From: Octopus vulgaris
Taxonomy: Eukaryota
Direction: 5' to 3'
Length of the DNA: 64,000 nt
NCBI GenBank assembly: GCA_951406725.2
Contig: OX597818.1
Location: 18,042,001-18,106,000 of the forward strand
Part shown: positions 26,158 through 39,249 of the stretch, piece after piece
Numbering within the stretch: position 1 is the first letter of the stretch
Layout of the letters: each line of letters starts with the position of its first letter
Notes under the pieces: generated by a model
Told to the model about the DNA's origin: nothing
Database searches by the model: none
Seen by the model: the letters and a program-made list of their open reading frames with translations, nothing else
Made by a program: the position numbers and the translations under genes

Positions 26158-27436
26158 CATTCAAACACAGTAGTGGTTGAATATATTCTTAATTTCACCA
26201 TTTCGTCAATCACAGCAACTTCCAAGCTTCACCACTAACTCAGTTCTCAACTAAATTGCAAACTGCTAATACTCTTAAAGAGGATATCTCTTCAGCTACA
26301 CTTTGGCATAAATATTTTGAGATTTGGTTCAGTAGAAAAGAAGTTTCATCAAAATATCTGCGACCTCAAGGGGGGCAGTACGGCAAATATTCATAATCAA
26401 TTAACATAAATTTTTTAATTTTGAATTAAAAGTATACTTTTCTTAGGCTAAGGAATTCAGAATTGTTAGTTGCATTGTTAGAAAAACAGTTATGAAGTAA
26501 AATATTACGAAATTTTATGTCAGGAAGGGAGTAACGCTTACGCAATAAGAATAAAGAATATATTTCTAAAATGAATGTCTACATTCTAAGGCAGCGAGCT
26601 AGTAGAAACATTAGTGTGATGGCCAAAATGCTTTGCAGTATTTCATCCGTCTTTACGTATTGACTTCAAATTTCGCCAAGGTCGAATTTGACATACAGAC
26701 TATTTAATTAGTTTTTTCTAACTAAACACTTTCAAACTTCCAATGCTGATAGAATCTCATTACAAAATTCAACCAATGACAGAGCCTCTACTTGGTCGCT
26801 TGACACACTAAAAGTAGCAGCCAAAGTATCCCCCTACCTAAATCACATGCCCATTGTATGTAATGTCCTAGATTATCCCTTAAAAATGGTTTGCTGAAGG
26901 CTGTCTTTGATTATAGGTTTGCAGTAACAAGGTTGATTTGAGGCTAAATAATAACGACATTATGGTAAATTTCTATATTTACACCTGTATGATTTTCACT
27001 AAAGAAACAAAAAATTTGATTTTTGCATGGAATCAAGTACTCTGACCTCCTAATATGCTGCAAATCCCTTATTTTGGAAATCCTGGAATCATTGGAAATT
27101 CTTTTATGATTGAATGAATCCCTGTGACATAATATTACAAACTTAGGCTACTTAAGGTGAGCCAGGTAACTGATGGTTTTGGGGTCTTGTTGTTTGTAAC
27201 TTTTGGTGAGCCATGGTGCAACCAACAACATGGTAAAAATCCCTGCCATTAATTTGGTGTGGATGGGTAATATCAAATGATTCAATCACAACATATATTT
27301 AAATTAAACATTAAAAAAATTGTCATATTATCATCACTTACATGGAAAAATTAAAATATTATCTTTCAGTATTTTATATGGTAAAACCTTAAATTATTAA
27401 TTGACACATTACTAATTATCGTATAACAGCAGTGCC

Positions 27437-28116
27437 TGGAAAAATGTGAGCATGAAAAGTAATATTCTTAAGTTTATAAACCTGGAAAAGCACAGGACAA
27501 GTTATTACACCTGTAAAAGTATAGGACAAATATTGCACCTAAAATTAAAATGTGAATATTAAAACTTATTTTATAGTTTACAAATAACACTATACTTATT
27601 AAACCCTATCGTTACTGTATTTATTTTGAGATGCTCTGTGTTTCTTTTAATTATTTTAAATATAACAAAGAATTTAGTAAAATAACTTAGTTATCATTAA
27701 GCTAGTGTTAGGAACATAAATCGTGAGTAAGGTTTGGTAGAAGATTTTAATTCAAAACTTATGAAAACAAGACATTTGTACTATAGAGCCAGAGCCGGTT
27801 TCAGCCGGGTTGGTAACAAAAGGGTTAAGTAGAATTTGGTTAATTTACCACCTTAAATACAGAAAAAAGTGACTAATTAGACAAACTTACAAATTAGCTG
27901 AACAATTTTGTACAATAAATTTAAAAGATGAGAAGTGTAAAGAGTTATAAATTAGAAGAAATGGCATTCTTTGCAGCAATATTTTAAGTAAAAAGTTTCT
28001 TATTCTTTACTAGAAGTAATAGCTTGTCCTATACTTTTACAGGTGTAATAACTTGTCCTGTACTTTTCCAGGTTTATAATCTTAAAAATATTACTTTTCA
28101 TGCTCGCATTTTTCCA
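27437..28116. mobile_element. long-TIR foldback/MITE-like element
   Basis: ~93-bp inverted repeats 27437-27529 and 28024-28116 with few mismatches. Confidence 0.75.
27604..27824 (-). mobile_element. piggyBac-type MITE nested in the long-TIR element
   Basis: CCCTATCGTTACT / GGTAACAAAAGGG termini, TTAA at 27825-27828. Partial homolog near 51480-51655. Confidence 0.8.
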
Positions 28117-28173
28117 TGTAATTATATATATATTACACATATATATAAAATATACATATCTTATATATATATT

Positions 28174-28211
<38 letters not shown>

Positions 28212-28383
28212 CATATATGTGTTATATATCATATATGTTATATATATATATTTATATATATATTACATTTATATATATACATATTACATATATATTTATA
28301 TATTATATATATTACATATACATTTATATATTATATTACACACACACACACATACACATATATATATTACATATATATACATA

Positions 28384-29708
28384 TCTATACATATAAATTT
28401 GACATGGGCGATTCTTTCTTGTCTTGGGATTCACGGTCAAACAGTTGGGTGGAATTGCATGAAAATCTATACATATGATCTGGTGGTGATGCTGGGCTTT
28501 GTATTTTTTTCATAGCTCCCATGCTTACTGAGATAATGTACTATAGTCATAATCTTGTGTCTATGAATGAGAAAGGAAGGGGTGATGTCATAGTTGATAG
28601 TGCGATGATGAAATTGCATGCTGAAAAAAATATATCAGTGTTTAAACTCTGTGTGAATATGTGAGTGTATGTAAAATGGGGGGTATGTGAATGTGCACAT
28701 GTGTGTGTGTGTGTGTGTGTGTGCGTGAGTGCAATGAAAGTGGGATGGTTGGGGTATGTGAATGTGTGTGCGTGTGCAATGGAAGTGTGATGGTTAACAT
28801 TCAACGCTAAAAAGAATAATCAAACAGCGTTTCAACTGTGTATTTGGTATGTTTCACTTGAATACAATCTGTTCTCTATAAAGGTATGTGTCTGTTTTTT
28901 GTTTGATATAAAGTAATTTCTTTGGTATTTCTCAGCCAAATTTTATTTAGCGTCATTATTAAGTTTATGCATTTGTAATCAATTTAGAGATATTTGCTAT
29001 CACTTTGCAGATTTTTTACAATGCATTTGGTGATAATTTGCTTTATTTCTCGGGCAAAATTTACAACTTACAATAAAAGAATAAAATTATTATTTCATTC
29101 AAAAACTGATGAGCTTTGTTTTTAGTGATGACTTGAAATGGTAAATATTTTTTCTAACTGTATTTGCTTGCCAAAAATCATACTCTTTTATATGTTTAGC
29201 AATTTTTTATGCTTACTTTTATGATGTGCTTAAATAAAAACCATTGTTATAGATAAGTGTTCCTCAACCTTTTTCGTGATTCAGCTCCCCTTGGACAATG
29301 AAATATTCATTTCGGGTCCCATGTATTGATGAAAAATTTAATTCAGCTCCCCATGTATCTGAGATACACCAACTGGCCCGTGACAAATCTGACTTGACTT
29401 TTGAAAATTTAAGATTTTTTACATATTTTTTTTAATTTGTTTTACCCTTTGTTTTATTTTTTATGTTTATTTCTGTTCTTTTGCATCTTTGTTCGCTTAG
29501 TATTTGGGTTTATTTTTTGATGTGGTTGAAACTGGGTTATTTTTTTCTTGTTTGTTGGTCAGTTATTTTAAGTGTTTTGACAGAAAAAAAGTCATTCTAT
29601 AATTGTTTTTTAATGTAAGCATGCCCAAACAATTCAAATGCTTACGCAGACCAGGTTTTACAGCCACATCATCCAAACTGACCAGGTGAAACCGGGTTTA
29701 GCTGCTAG
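28384..29708 (+). mobile_element. non-autonomous Helitron
   Basis: A|TCTATACATATAAA 5' end; 3' hairpin CCAGGTGAAACCGGG then CTAG|T. Inserted within TA/CA microsatellite; no TSD. Confidence 0.8.
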
Positions 29709-29712
29709 TTAC

Positions 29713-29744
<32 letters not shown>

Positions 29745-29964
29745 TCTTCTATATATGTTTTATTTATATATATCTTCTATATATATTATATATACATATA
29801 TATACTATACATATATATATATATCTTCTATATATATTATATATACATATATATAATATACATATATATATATATATATATCTTCTATATATATTATATA
29901 TACATATATATAATATACATATATATATATATATATATATATCTTCTATATATATTATATATAC

Positions 29965-30000
<36 letters not shown>

Positions 30001-30118
30001 CATACATAATTATACATATATATATACTGTTATGTCTGGGGAGAGTCATTTCCTCTTTGTGCCTTATAATGTAACACACACACCAGTAAAATTTCCACAT
30101 ATTTCTTATTTTTATTCT

Positions 30119-30201
30119 CCTAAAATTTTCGTTCCATCTTGCAACCTTTTCAATAGTCAAGACTATTGAAAAGGTTGCAAGGCGCAACAAAAATTTCAGG
30201 A
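30119..30201. repeat. palindrome with 21-bp perfect arms and 2-nt spacer
   Basis: CTTGCAACCTTTTCAATAGTC (30138-30158) AA GACTATTGAAAAGGTTGCAAG (30161-30181), with imperfect extension on both sides. Confidence 0.9.
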
Positions 30202-30767
30202 AAAGAACTGGCTATTTCAATCAAAAAGAAATATTGAAGAAAACGCATTTGACCAAATTTGGACATACAACAGTTTCACATAATAACAATGATATATAAA
30301 TACACATATAGACACACACATATGCATGCACACATTTACACATGTGTACATGGGCACACACAATTATGTGACCTTTTGGACAAGTATCAAATATCACAAT
30401 CCCTAGATTGGTCACTGCTTCTGAAATGCAATTGTAGTTGCGTCAACTTTTGTGTTTGCCTATAATGTGAGTAATTCAGTACAGGCACATCATGTCTTTT
30501 CAATTCATAAGAGGCAACTAAAATGATTACTGACAGAAAGGGCTAGAAAACTCATAAAGCAAGATATCTGCCCAACTCACATGACCATGGAAACCTGGAT
30601 GCATATTGATGTTTTGGCACTTCAGGCCTTGTCTGTGTATAGAAATTTATACATAGAAGCAAAAAAAAAAATTTTTGGCAGCTTTCCTGCATTCCTGCAT
30701 TATGAATTTCCTCCAATCACAACACATTTTTCTTTTACAAATTAATATGTATACACACTCTCATTTA

Positions 30768-30798
<31 letters not shown>

Positions 30799-31423
30799 TT
30801 ATTTACTCAATATCAGAATATTTCATAGTTTTCAGACAAAACTGATTCACCCTCTGTAGTAACTCAGGTAACAGATAAGTTGAGATCTGAGCAAATATGC
30901 GTGAGTGTGTGTTGATAGTTAATTTGTACATGTAGAAAATTGCATAATATCAATTACACATTTGTTTTTTTCAATATTATTTTATGTGAAATTAAGTGTT
31001 GAAATGGTTACTGTATCTTAAAAGAGTCAGTTTCTCATAAAAACACACACACTGGCTCCATGTTACTTTTTCTTAGTTAATGAATTACATAATTAACCAA
31101 TTAACTAATGAATTGTTTGACTAATCATTGGATTAATCAATCAATCAATCAGTTAATCATTGAGTTTATTTCACAATTCTCTTTACAATTTGTGACCTTA
31201 TCAATGACATACCCTCATGATGTATCATGACAGAATCCCTAATGAATCTGATTAATTCTGTTTGTGCAACATTAAAGGGGGTAATTGAGTTTGTAAACTC
31301 CGGCTGCTACAACATTCCTCTAAGGGGCAGTGACCCCAGGAATTATTTACTTGGAACGATACAGAAATTAACAATGTCACACAAATTCTTTAACAAAAAG
31401 AATATGTAATGCATTTCTTATTG

Positions 31424-31952
31424 AGGCATCTGGAATAATCCTTTCTACAATGTAAGGCATCTGGAATAAAATAATCCTTTCTACAATGTAAGGCATCTGG
31501 AATAATACTTTTTACAATGTAAGGCATCTGGAATAATCCTTTCAACAATGTAAGGCATCTGGAATAATCCTTTCAACAATGTAAGGCATCTGGAATAATC
31601 CTTTCTATAATGTAAGGCATCTAGAATAATCTTTTCAACAATGTAAGACATCTGGAATAATCCTTTCAACAATGTAAGGCATCTGGAATAATCCTTTTTA
31701 CAATGTAAGTCATATGTAATAATCCTTTCTACAATGTAAGTCAGATGTAATAATCCTTTTTACAATGTAAGGCATCTAGAATAATCTTCTCAACAATGTA
31801 AGACATCTAGAATAATCCTTTCAACAATGTAAGGCATCTGGAATAATCCTTTTTACAATGTAAGTCATCTGTAATAATCCTTTCTACAATGTAAGGCATC
31901 TGGAATAATCCTTTCTACAATGTAAGGCATCTGGAATAATCCTTTCAACAAT
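31424..31952. repeat. minisatellite, 17 x 31 bp
   Basis: Unit AGGCATCTGGAATAATCCTTTC(T/A)ACAATGTA, counted by eye; no spacers. Confidence 0.95.
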
Positions 31953-32153
31953 AGGCACAAGGCCTGAAATGTTGAGGAAGCGGGATTAACTACTCCATCA
32001 ACCCTAATACTGAACTGGCATGTATTTTATTGAACCCTAAAGATGAAAGACAAAGTCAACCTCAGTAGAATTTGAACTAAGAATGTATAGACAGAGGAAA
32101 TGCCACTAATAATTTTGCCTGGAGTGCTAATGATTCTGCCTGCTCACCACCTT
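31953..32153 (-). mobile_element. SINE family A abutting the minisatellite
   Basis: Homology to other family A copies. AGGCATTTGGAATAA at 32154-32168 matches the start of the array (TSD). Confidence 0.85.
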
Positions 32154-34260
32154 AGGCATTTGGAATAAAGTCTGTATAATATAATAATTTGGTTGTTCAA
32201 TTTGTTAGCTATAGCAGACAAATTCCCTCCAACTGAAATTTACGATCTTCAAAGCTTTATCTGTTTCTAACATAGGGATATTGCTAAAACTTTTACAGGC
32301 AGGAGAGAAGTGGTGTTCGTTAATTAAATCAAGTCCAGTATTTATAGGGCACTTTAAAAAAAAAAATTGAAAAAAATGAAAGACAAAGTGAAGCTTGACA
32401 GGAATTTGAACCCAAAACATTAGAAGCTGGACCAAATCTCACAAGGCATTTCTTGTTTTCTGATGTTCTAACAATTTCACCAACCCACAGCTATCATCTT
32501 AAAAATAATGATTTAAAAAATGGAGAAAACAGACACTGACATACAAAAAGATATGATGATCATAGTGAGACGTTTTTCAATCATAAGTCTATGCAGTTAT
32601 GGTGGTGGAAGGGGAAAGAAGAAAATACAATAACAGTAACAACAACAACTGGCAATTCAGATGACTGATAAATGCTGACTGTGGTGTGTAATGAGATATT
32701 CTGTTGTTTACAAAACAAATTAATTAAGAAGATAAAAAGATTGGAGATGCAGAGCCAGTTCTATTTTTTGATATCAACAATTTGTTCTTTCATTAAAAAA
32801 CTGTTTTGACCATGCTAACATGGATTTGAATGGTGAGTTAACTGAAGCAGGATTTTACATACAAGTGCTCTTCCTATCACAAACCTTCATCTGATTATTA
32901 AAGGATTTCTTTATTAAGTAAATAATTTCTTTATTCCACAGTCTTCAACAAAGGGTGTCAATTTCAGCACCACTTTGCTCAAGCAGCGACAAATGTGAAA
33001 TGTTAACATCTACACATACATACACTGGGCTTCCTGCAGTTTCCATCAACCAATTTTTACTTACATGGTATTAATCAGCTTAAAGCTATGTAAGAAAGAC
33101 AGTCAATGTACCACAGTCAAGGCTAGTTATTTTGAGGGAAGGTGTATTGACATGGACTCCAGTACTTGACAGGTAGTTTAATTTATCAAGCTCAGTGGGA
33201 GGGGATGAAAGGTAAATTTGATCTCAATTGGATCTAAACTCAGAATGTAAAGAACTGGAAGAAATATTGCAAAGAATTTGTCCAACACTCTAATGATTCT
33301 GCAATGTTTAAATTTATCATGTAATTACCATTTCTATGAAATCAATATATCACATTAGGAAAACTTGAGCTACAAAATGTAAGTATATGAATATTTCTAT
33401 ATAATTAATTAAAGAGTATATACACTGTAACATACATGAAAAATAAAGTAAGCTAAACAACACTATAGACAAATCTTCGTGTATTTGATAGTAATGAAGG
33501 ATGTATGTTCAGATACAAGTATTAAAACAATTGTAAAGAAAAGAAATCTCAAGCTACGAACAATTTTTAATTTATTTGCAACTGAAAATTTGTCAGTACT
33601 TTTACAGAATATCATCATTTATTTAAGTATAAATTAAGACAAGATGTGTATTATAAAAATCAAGCAGACCACCTGCCTGTTCATCACAACATATATGTAG
33701 GAGGAGTGGAGTGGAGAAAGAAAAGTTGTCGAGAGATACAGTGAGAGAGATTGTAAAAAGATAGACAGATAGGTAATGTTGTCACCATAGTAACTAACAA
33801 TTTTTGATTAAAAACATGGAAATCTTGAGTACAAGTCTGTCAACACAATGCAGCTGACTTTTTAAAAAAATTTCACTATATAATAGTTTACTTATTAACT
33901 GGCCTAACCACATGAGGCTATGACATTTATGTCACACATATATGCATATAATACATATAGTTATGTTTTGGTTGTTTGTGTGTGTATGTGTATTTCTGTT
34001 TTTCTGCCTTTCAACATATGGACAATGCAACACAAACTTTAAAACAAGGCTTTCACTATGACAGGTTATTGGTGTGTGTGTGTGAGAGAGAGAGAGTGTG
34101 TGTTGTCACCATAGTAACTAACAGGACTTTCACTATATAACAGTCTATTAACTGGCTGTACCATATAAGGTACATTATAAATAGTTTTATTAATAACAGC
34201 CATATTATTGTTATGCACAGTCAGCCACAGTATATAAGGGAAGATATTGTTCAATGAGTA

Positions 34261-34755
34261 TCGTAAATCTTTGAGTATAATCCGCATTTTTCCCCCAAAA
34301 TTTAAAGGTCAAAATCCTTAGTGTGTACTATATACGAGATTAAAAATGAAAATTATTTTCTAAGCAATGTCAGAGTCTCGATTTGCTGCCCGGCAATGTT
34401 TATTCAGATGCATTTTGTGGTGTCGTGTGCGAAAATACCTGAAGCTAAGCCTGAAAGCAATGAAGTCATAACAGGATCATCCATAACTTGCAGTAAGCAA
34501 CATTTATTAAATGTTATTACTGTTATTTCTTTATTTTCTGCAAACAAGATGCACGAAAAAGCTACACGTTTGCATTATGTTATATGTACAATAATAATAA
34601 AGGACGTTACTGTATACATTTTTACAAACCAAGGACGTTATATAGACCTCCTTGACTCAAGTTAGAGAAGGAGTGCATATTATACACAAGGTTTAGGTTT
34701 TTCAGGGGTACAGCCCCCTAAAAATCCTCTGCGTATTATACTCAAGGATTTACGG
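34261..34755. mobile_element. TA-flanked Tc1/mariner-pogo-type MITE
   Basis: TIRs TCGTAAATCTTTGAGTATAA / TTATACTCAAGGATTTACGG, TA on both sides. Confidence 0.85.
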
Positions 34756-35039
34756 TATACTTATTCTGTAGAATATGAAATAAAGCATTTTAAATAAATG
34801 CTATTGTTCAGCAGTATTAAAACCCCTATTAACCTTGACCGAGAAAGTTAATCTAAATATTATTTGAACAATTTATGTAGGTACGTGCATGATTAACAAA
34901 TATTTTTACCAGTTGCATAGCTATGGATAACAACCCAGTTTATGATAATTTTTATAATTATTTAATAATTTAATTTAAGAATATTGAAAGATTATGATTG
35001 AAAATAGTAGCTGCCAAAATGGAATTTTCCAAAGAATCT

Positions 35040-35340
35040 CTGGAGTAATGTTACTTGACAGGATCTGTAGTTCAGACATCAGGGAGTCTCCCAGCTCCAA
35101 CACTATGAAAATATGATCAGAATGTCACAGAAAAGGAATACCAGATAGATTTTTCAAGTCATATCAACCAGCAGGAGAACAGGAAGGAGATGAGTGAGAT
35201 AATAGGATAATATGTGTAGTCTCAGTCAGTGATGCTTGAAAACCCAACCAAAAAGTTTAATGACAGCTGCTTTTAAAAGGACCTTATGGAAGAAGTGTCT
35301 GAGGACTCTCTCTACTCCAAAGACCCTCTTGAAACAGTGA
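35040..35340 (+). mobile_element. RTE-type LINE 3' fragment
   Basis: GVMLLDRICSSDIRES..QLQHYENMIRMSQKR..RRTGRR resembles the RTE C-terminal QLRWxGHVxRM...RPxGRP region. Confidence 0.55.
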
Positions 35341-35619
35341 TCAGCAGAAATGGATGTTTCCAACTGGAATGAATCAATAACCACAATACATTGTAGAATT
35401 CACAACTTTGACAAACACTTATATGAAGCATATGTATATGAGCCTAACCACTTTGGTTTCATGCAAAAATTGAAATATATATGGGATATCAATCCCCCAG
35501 AACTAGACTTGAACATCTTAACAAGCAGGCTAAATGTACTATCAAATGTAAACCAATTCAACACAGGCAAAGAGAGATAGCACTATAACAACATCAATGC
35601 CAACATTGAAATAGAGACA

Positions 35620-36140
35620 GACAATATTTGTCTTGACAATCAGCTGTCCTCTAAGTGTATTATGTGATCAGCCCATCGAAACTGTTGTTTCATTATCATA
35701 TCATTGACTCTACACATAACAAATCAGCTTGATGTAGCACTTCTGTATCCAGCACAGCAAACTACCTGGAAATTCTCATATTTAGCAAGTATTGCTGGTG
35801 GAAATATTCTAAAGAGCATAGAGATCTGCAATATGTTATTCACATTACATGCATGATATACATCTATTTTTATACTGGTTTTTATATTTGACTAACTAAA
35901 GTTTCTTTTCCAACTTTCCACATGCATCAGCAGCTTTTCAAATCTTGAAGCTGATTTCTTTCACCAGAGTAGTGTCAGGAACATGTACTAACAAGGAATG
36001 CAAACTAATCCACAATCTTAAACTTAAACACTAAGTAGATGATATAGTCTTCCAGGAGCTGGTCAATATTTCATAACTGTCTTTTTAACAGTAATTGTTA
36101 ACCCAAACACATTACATACTTCAGAGATATAGTCATTTGG
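35620..36140 (-). mobile_element. RTE (BovB-like) LINE RT/C-terminal fragment
   Basis: SEVCNVFGLTITVKKT..PAPG; KEISFKI*KAADACGKL; DTEVL..VESM; QQFRWADHIIHLEDS*LSRQIL. Confidence 0.8.
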
Positions 36141-36265
36141 TATGAATGCAAATTAACCAGATCACAGTATTGTCTATAAAACAAGCTTGTTTATTTATTC
36201 ATCTATTTACCGACTAGTTTAGTCGGAAGAGAATTGATTTTGAGGCAGGACTTTACAACCAGACT

Positions 36266-37130
36266 TCGTAAGGTTATCTCTACAGATGTTCTATAGAAAT
36301 TATAGCCAGCACTGATTTTAGTTATGCTTCATATCCGAGACATCGGATGTAAACAAACAATGAGACTGAAGATGAAAAAGAAAAGTAATGAGTGTATATA
36401 TATATATATATATGCCATATTTCGGGAGTTTTTGCTCTTTCATCAGAACTCATCTAACTCCACTTAATCATCCACAAACACATTGCTTAATTAGCCACTA
36501 AATAGCCACAGCAGTGTAACATTATTGGCTATACTAATTTTACATATTAAATACATTCCTGGTACATAAATATTGATAACTTGTAGAGACATGATATTTT
36601 GTTATGTAATTGTAATAACCTATAAAGTATATTAAGCATTTTATAAGTCAAAAGCGTGTTCTACTGCATTAGCAGTGTACTTTACATCACTTGTTAAGGT
36701 AATCTCAACAGATATTCTATAGAAATTATAGCCAGCTTCCAGGAATGTGTTTAATATGTAAAATATATTCAGTAATGTTATACTGTTGAATTTAGTGGAT
36801 ATTTAAGCAATGTGTTTGTGGATGATTAAGGAGTTAGATAGGTTGTGAGGAAGGAGCAAAAACTCCTGAAATATGTCATACATACCTATTACAAATTTTT
36901 CATCTTCAATCTCATCGTTTGTTTACATTTGACATCTCGGATACGAAACATCATAACAAAATCAATGCTGACTATAATTTGCTATAGAATTATCTGTAGA
37001 GATAACCTTAACAAGTGATGTAAAGTGCACTGCTACCCACCAGAAATATATGGTATTGACTTATAAAAGCGTTTGTAGTGTATTCATGCTGCACAATGAA
37101 ATGCCATGTCCCTACAAATCATTAATATTT
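36266..37130. mobile_element. tandem plus inverted repeat complex with hammerhead-like cores (Penelope pseudo-LTR-like)
   Basis: Order A(36266-36562), B, truncated A (to 36736), then reverse complement of A and B (36739-37130). Cores CTGATGA-AAGAG..CTCCC-GAAA (minus, ~36420-36447) and TGAGGA-AGGAG..CTCCT-GAAA-TATG-TC (plus, ~36846-36877). Confidence 0.7.
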
Positions 37131-37162
37131 ACAAAAGCAGCCTGTTGTTTTTCAAGGGAGTA

Positions 37163-38425
37163 TTGGGTCATCCCAGAAATAATGCAGGTTTTTTATACTT
37201 TTATTTTTCAAAAGTAAAATAACCAAAGTTCTTTTTTTAATTTAAAATATACTCGCCTTCATTTTCTACAATGTACTTCCATCTGTCTGGTAGACTTGCA
37301 AAGCCCCCCCTCTTCCAAAATTAGCTTGTCTGTGCTGAAAAATACTCCTCCAGTACTGTTCTGACCTTGTCTACAGAATTCATATTTTTTCCGTCCAAAT
37401 GATTTTGAAGACTGTGGAATAAATGATAATCAGATAGGGCAATGTCTGGTAAATATGGTGGGTGGGGCATCATTTCCCATTCAAACTGCTTCAGCCTTTG
37501 GAATGTCATCCTCACTCTATGAGGCTGAGCATTATCCTGATGAAAGAACACCTTTCATCTTGAAACTAAAGATAGTTGTTTTTCTTCTAGTGCTGACTTA
37601 AGCTGCTCGCAGTAGATCTTTGTTATTGTTTAGCTTGGGTTTAAAACATCAAAGTAGACTAAACCTTTCATATTCCACCAAACAGATAACAATACCTTAC
37701 GTGGGTGAAGACCTCCTTTAACCTGAGGTGCCGGTGTTTTTCTTTTCCCTGTCTTTGGCACTTAACATTTTTATAGAGAATCCATTTCTCATCACCAATC
37801 ACTATTCAGTCCCAAAAAAGTTCATTCGTGAGACATGACAACAAAGAAGAGCACACATTCACGACTAGACTCAGAAAGTTAGTAAGGAACCCACTGACTC
37901 GATTTGGTGACTTTTCTGATGGTACACAGGTGTCGATGAATGGTTGACTGACCAAATCTAAGCTTCTCTGCTAGTTCCTCAACAGTTACAGTGGGATTTT
38001 ATTTCACCAGGGTTTGCAGGACATCCTTGTTGAGCTCTACAGGCCCTCCAGGACAAGGCTCATCTTCTAAGCTGTAGTTTCTGGCTTAGAATTTCTGGAA
38101 CCACCGTTGACACTGGCTTATGCTTATTGTCCGATCCCCATACAGTGCATTAATGTTCCTTGCACTTTCCATTGTGTTTTTGCCTTTATTGAACTCATAA
38201 AGCAAAATATGCTGAATATGTTCCTTTGTCACTTCCATTATAGCTTTGAAAAACATAACTGTTAAAAATTAAACTGCACTCTTCAAAATTTGCACTAAGA
38301 ATAAGGACAAATTAAAATTACTACCAACTTTTATAGCAAGTTGATGCCAGTAGTTTATCCCACCCCCTCCGACTTTTAGTTCATGCAATTGAAAAAAACC
38401 CCGCATTATTTATGGGATGACCCAA
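37163..38425 (-). mobile_element. full-length mariner transposon (1263 bp)
   Basis: TA TSDs at 37161-37162 and 38426-38427. TIRs TTGGGTCATCCCAGAAATAATGC / GCATTATTTATGGGATGACCCAA. Confidence 0.95.
37237..38238 (-). pseudogene. mariner DD34D transposase pseudogene
   Basis: MEVTKEHIQHILLYEFNKG, QRWFQKF, WVPY*L, GDEKWILY, FFHQDNAQPH, HPPYLPDIALSDYHLF, RWKYIVENEGEY; several stops. Confidence 0.95.
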
Positions 38426-38990
38426 TATTTCACAAGGTCTTTGAAAGCACAGAGTGACCGGTTGCAATGTCACTTGGGACATAAACATCCACTAGCATTT
38501 TGCTCAAATGTTGATATCAAAACTATCGGTATTTAAGCACCTTTGCACACATACACACAAACAAACAAACACATACAGATGTATGTGATAAGCTTATTAC
38601 AATTTCTGTCTACTTAATTTACCCACCACTCACTGCTTGACTCAGGGCTATAGTAAAAACAAAACAACATTTCTTGAAAGTGCCACACAGTGTAAGCAAA
38701 CTCCAAAATGTTATTGTAAAGTAAACTTTATAATCACATGGCCATGCCTGCATTCACCAGCTGTGTATATGTACAATGAGCAAAATATCAGTACTTAAGT
38801 ACCTTTGCATAGGTATAAAAATACACACTTATACATAAGACTGAATAATGGGACCAATGCATGGCTGAGTTTCATAAGAGGCAACAGGGAGGTCATCTGG
38901 TCATGGAACACTATCTCAGAAAACCCATTTAATCCACCATACCAACGTGGAAAAGCAGACACATAATGAAGATGAGATGCTCATGATATA

Positions 38991-39199
38991 TGAGGGGGTG
39001 CTGAAAAGTTCCCAGCTTTAAGGGTATCGTGAAAGGCCTGGTTGGAAGCTCAACCTTCAGAGTTTTTTTACAGGGCTTAGAAAAACTGAAGGATCACTGC
39101 AATAAGTGTGTGAATCTGGGAGGGGAATATATTGAATAAAATCATGATCTTCCTGTATTTCCTTTTACCCAAAGCCAGGAACTTTTCAGCACTCCCTCA
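38991..39199 (+). mobile_element. mariner-type MITE; second copy at 52602-52818
   Basis: TIRs TGAGGGGGTGCTGAAAAGTTCC / GGAACTTTTCAGCACTCCCTCA; TA on the left. Confidence 0.8.
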
Positions 39200-39206
39200 T
39201 GTATTT

Positions 39207-39249
<43 letters not shown>

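Noticed and set aside
31424-31952. CRISPR-like 31-bp repeat array
   Set aside because: Units are contiguous with no unique spacers, there are no cas genes, the context is eukaryotic, and the unit is explained by SINE tail plus TSD.
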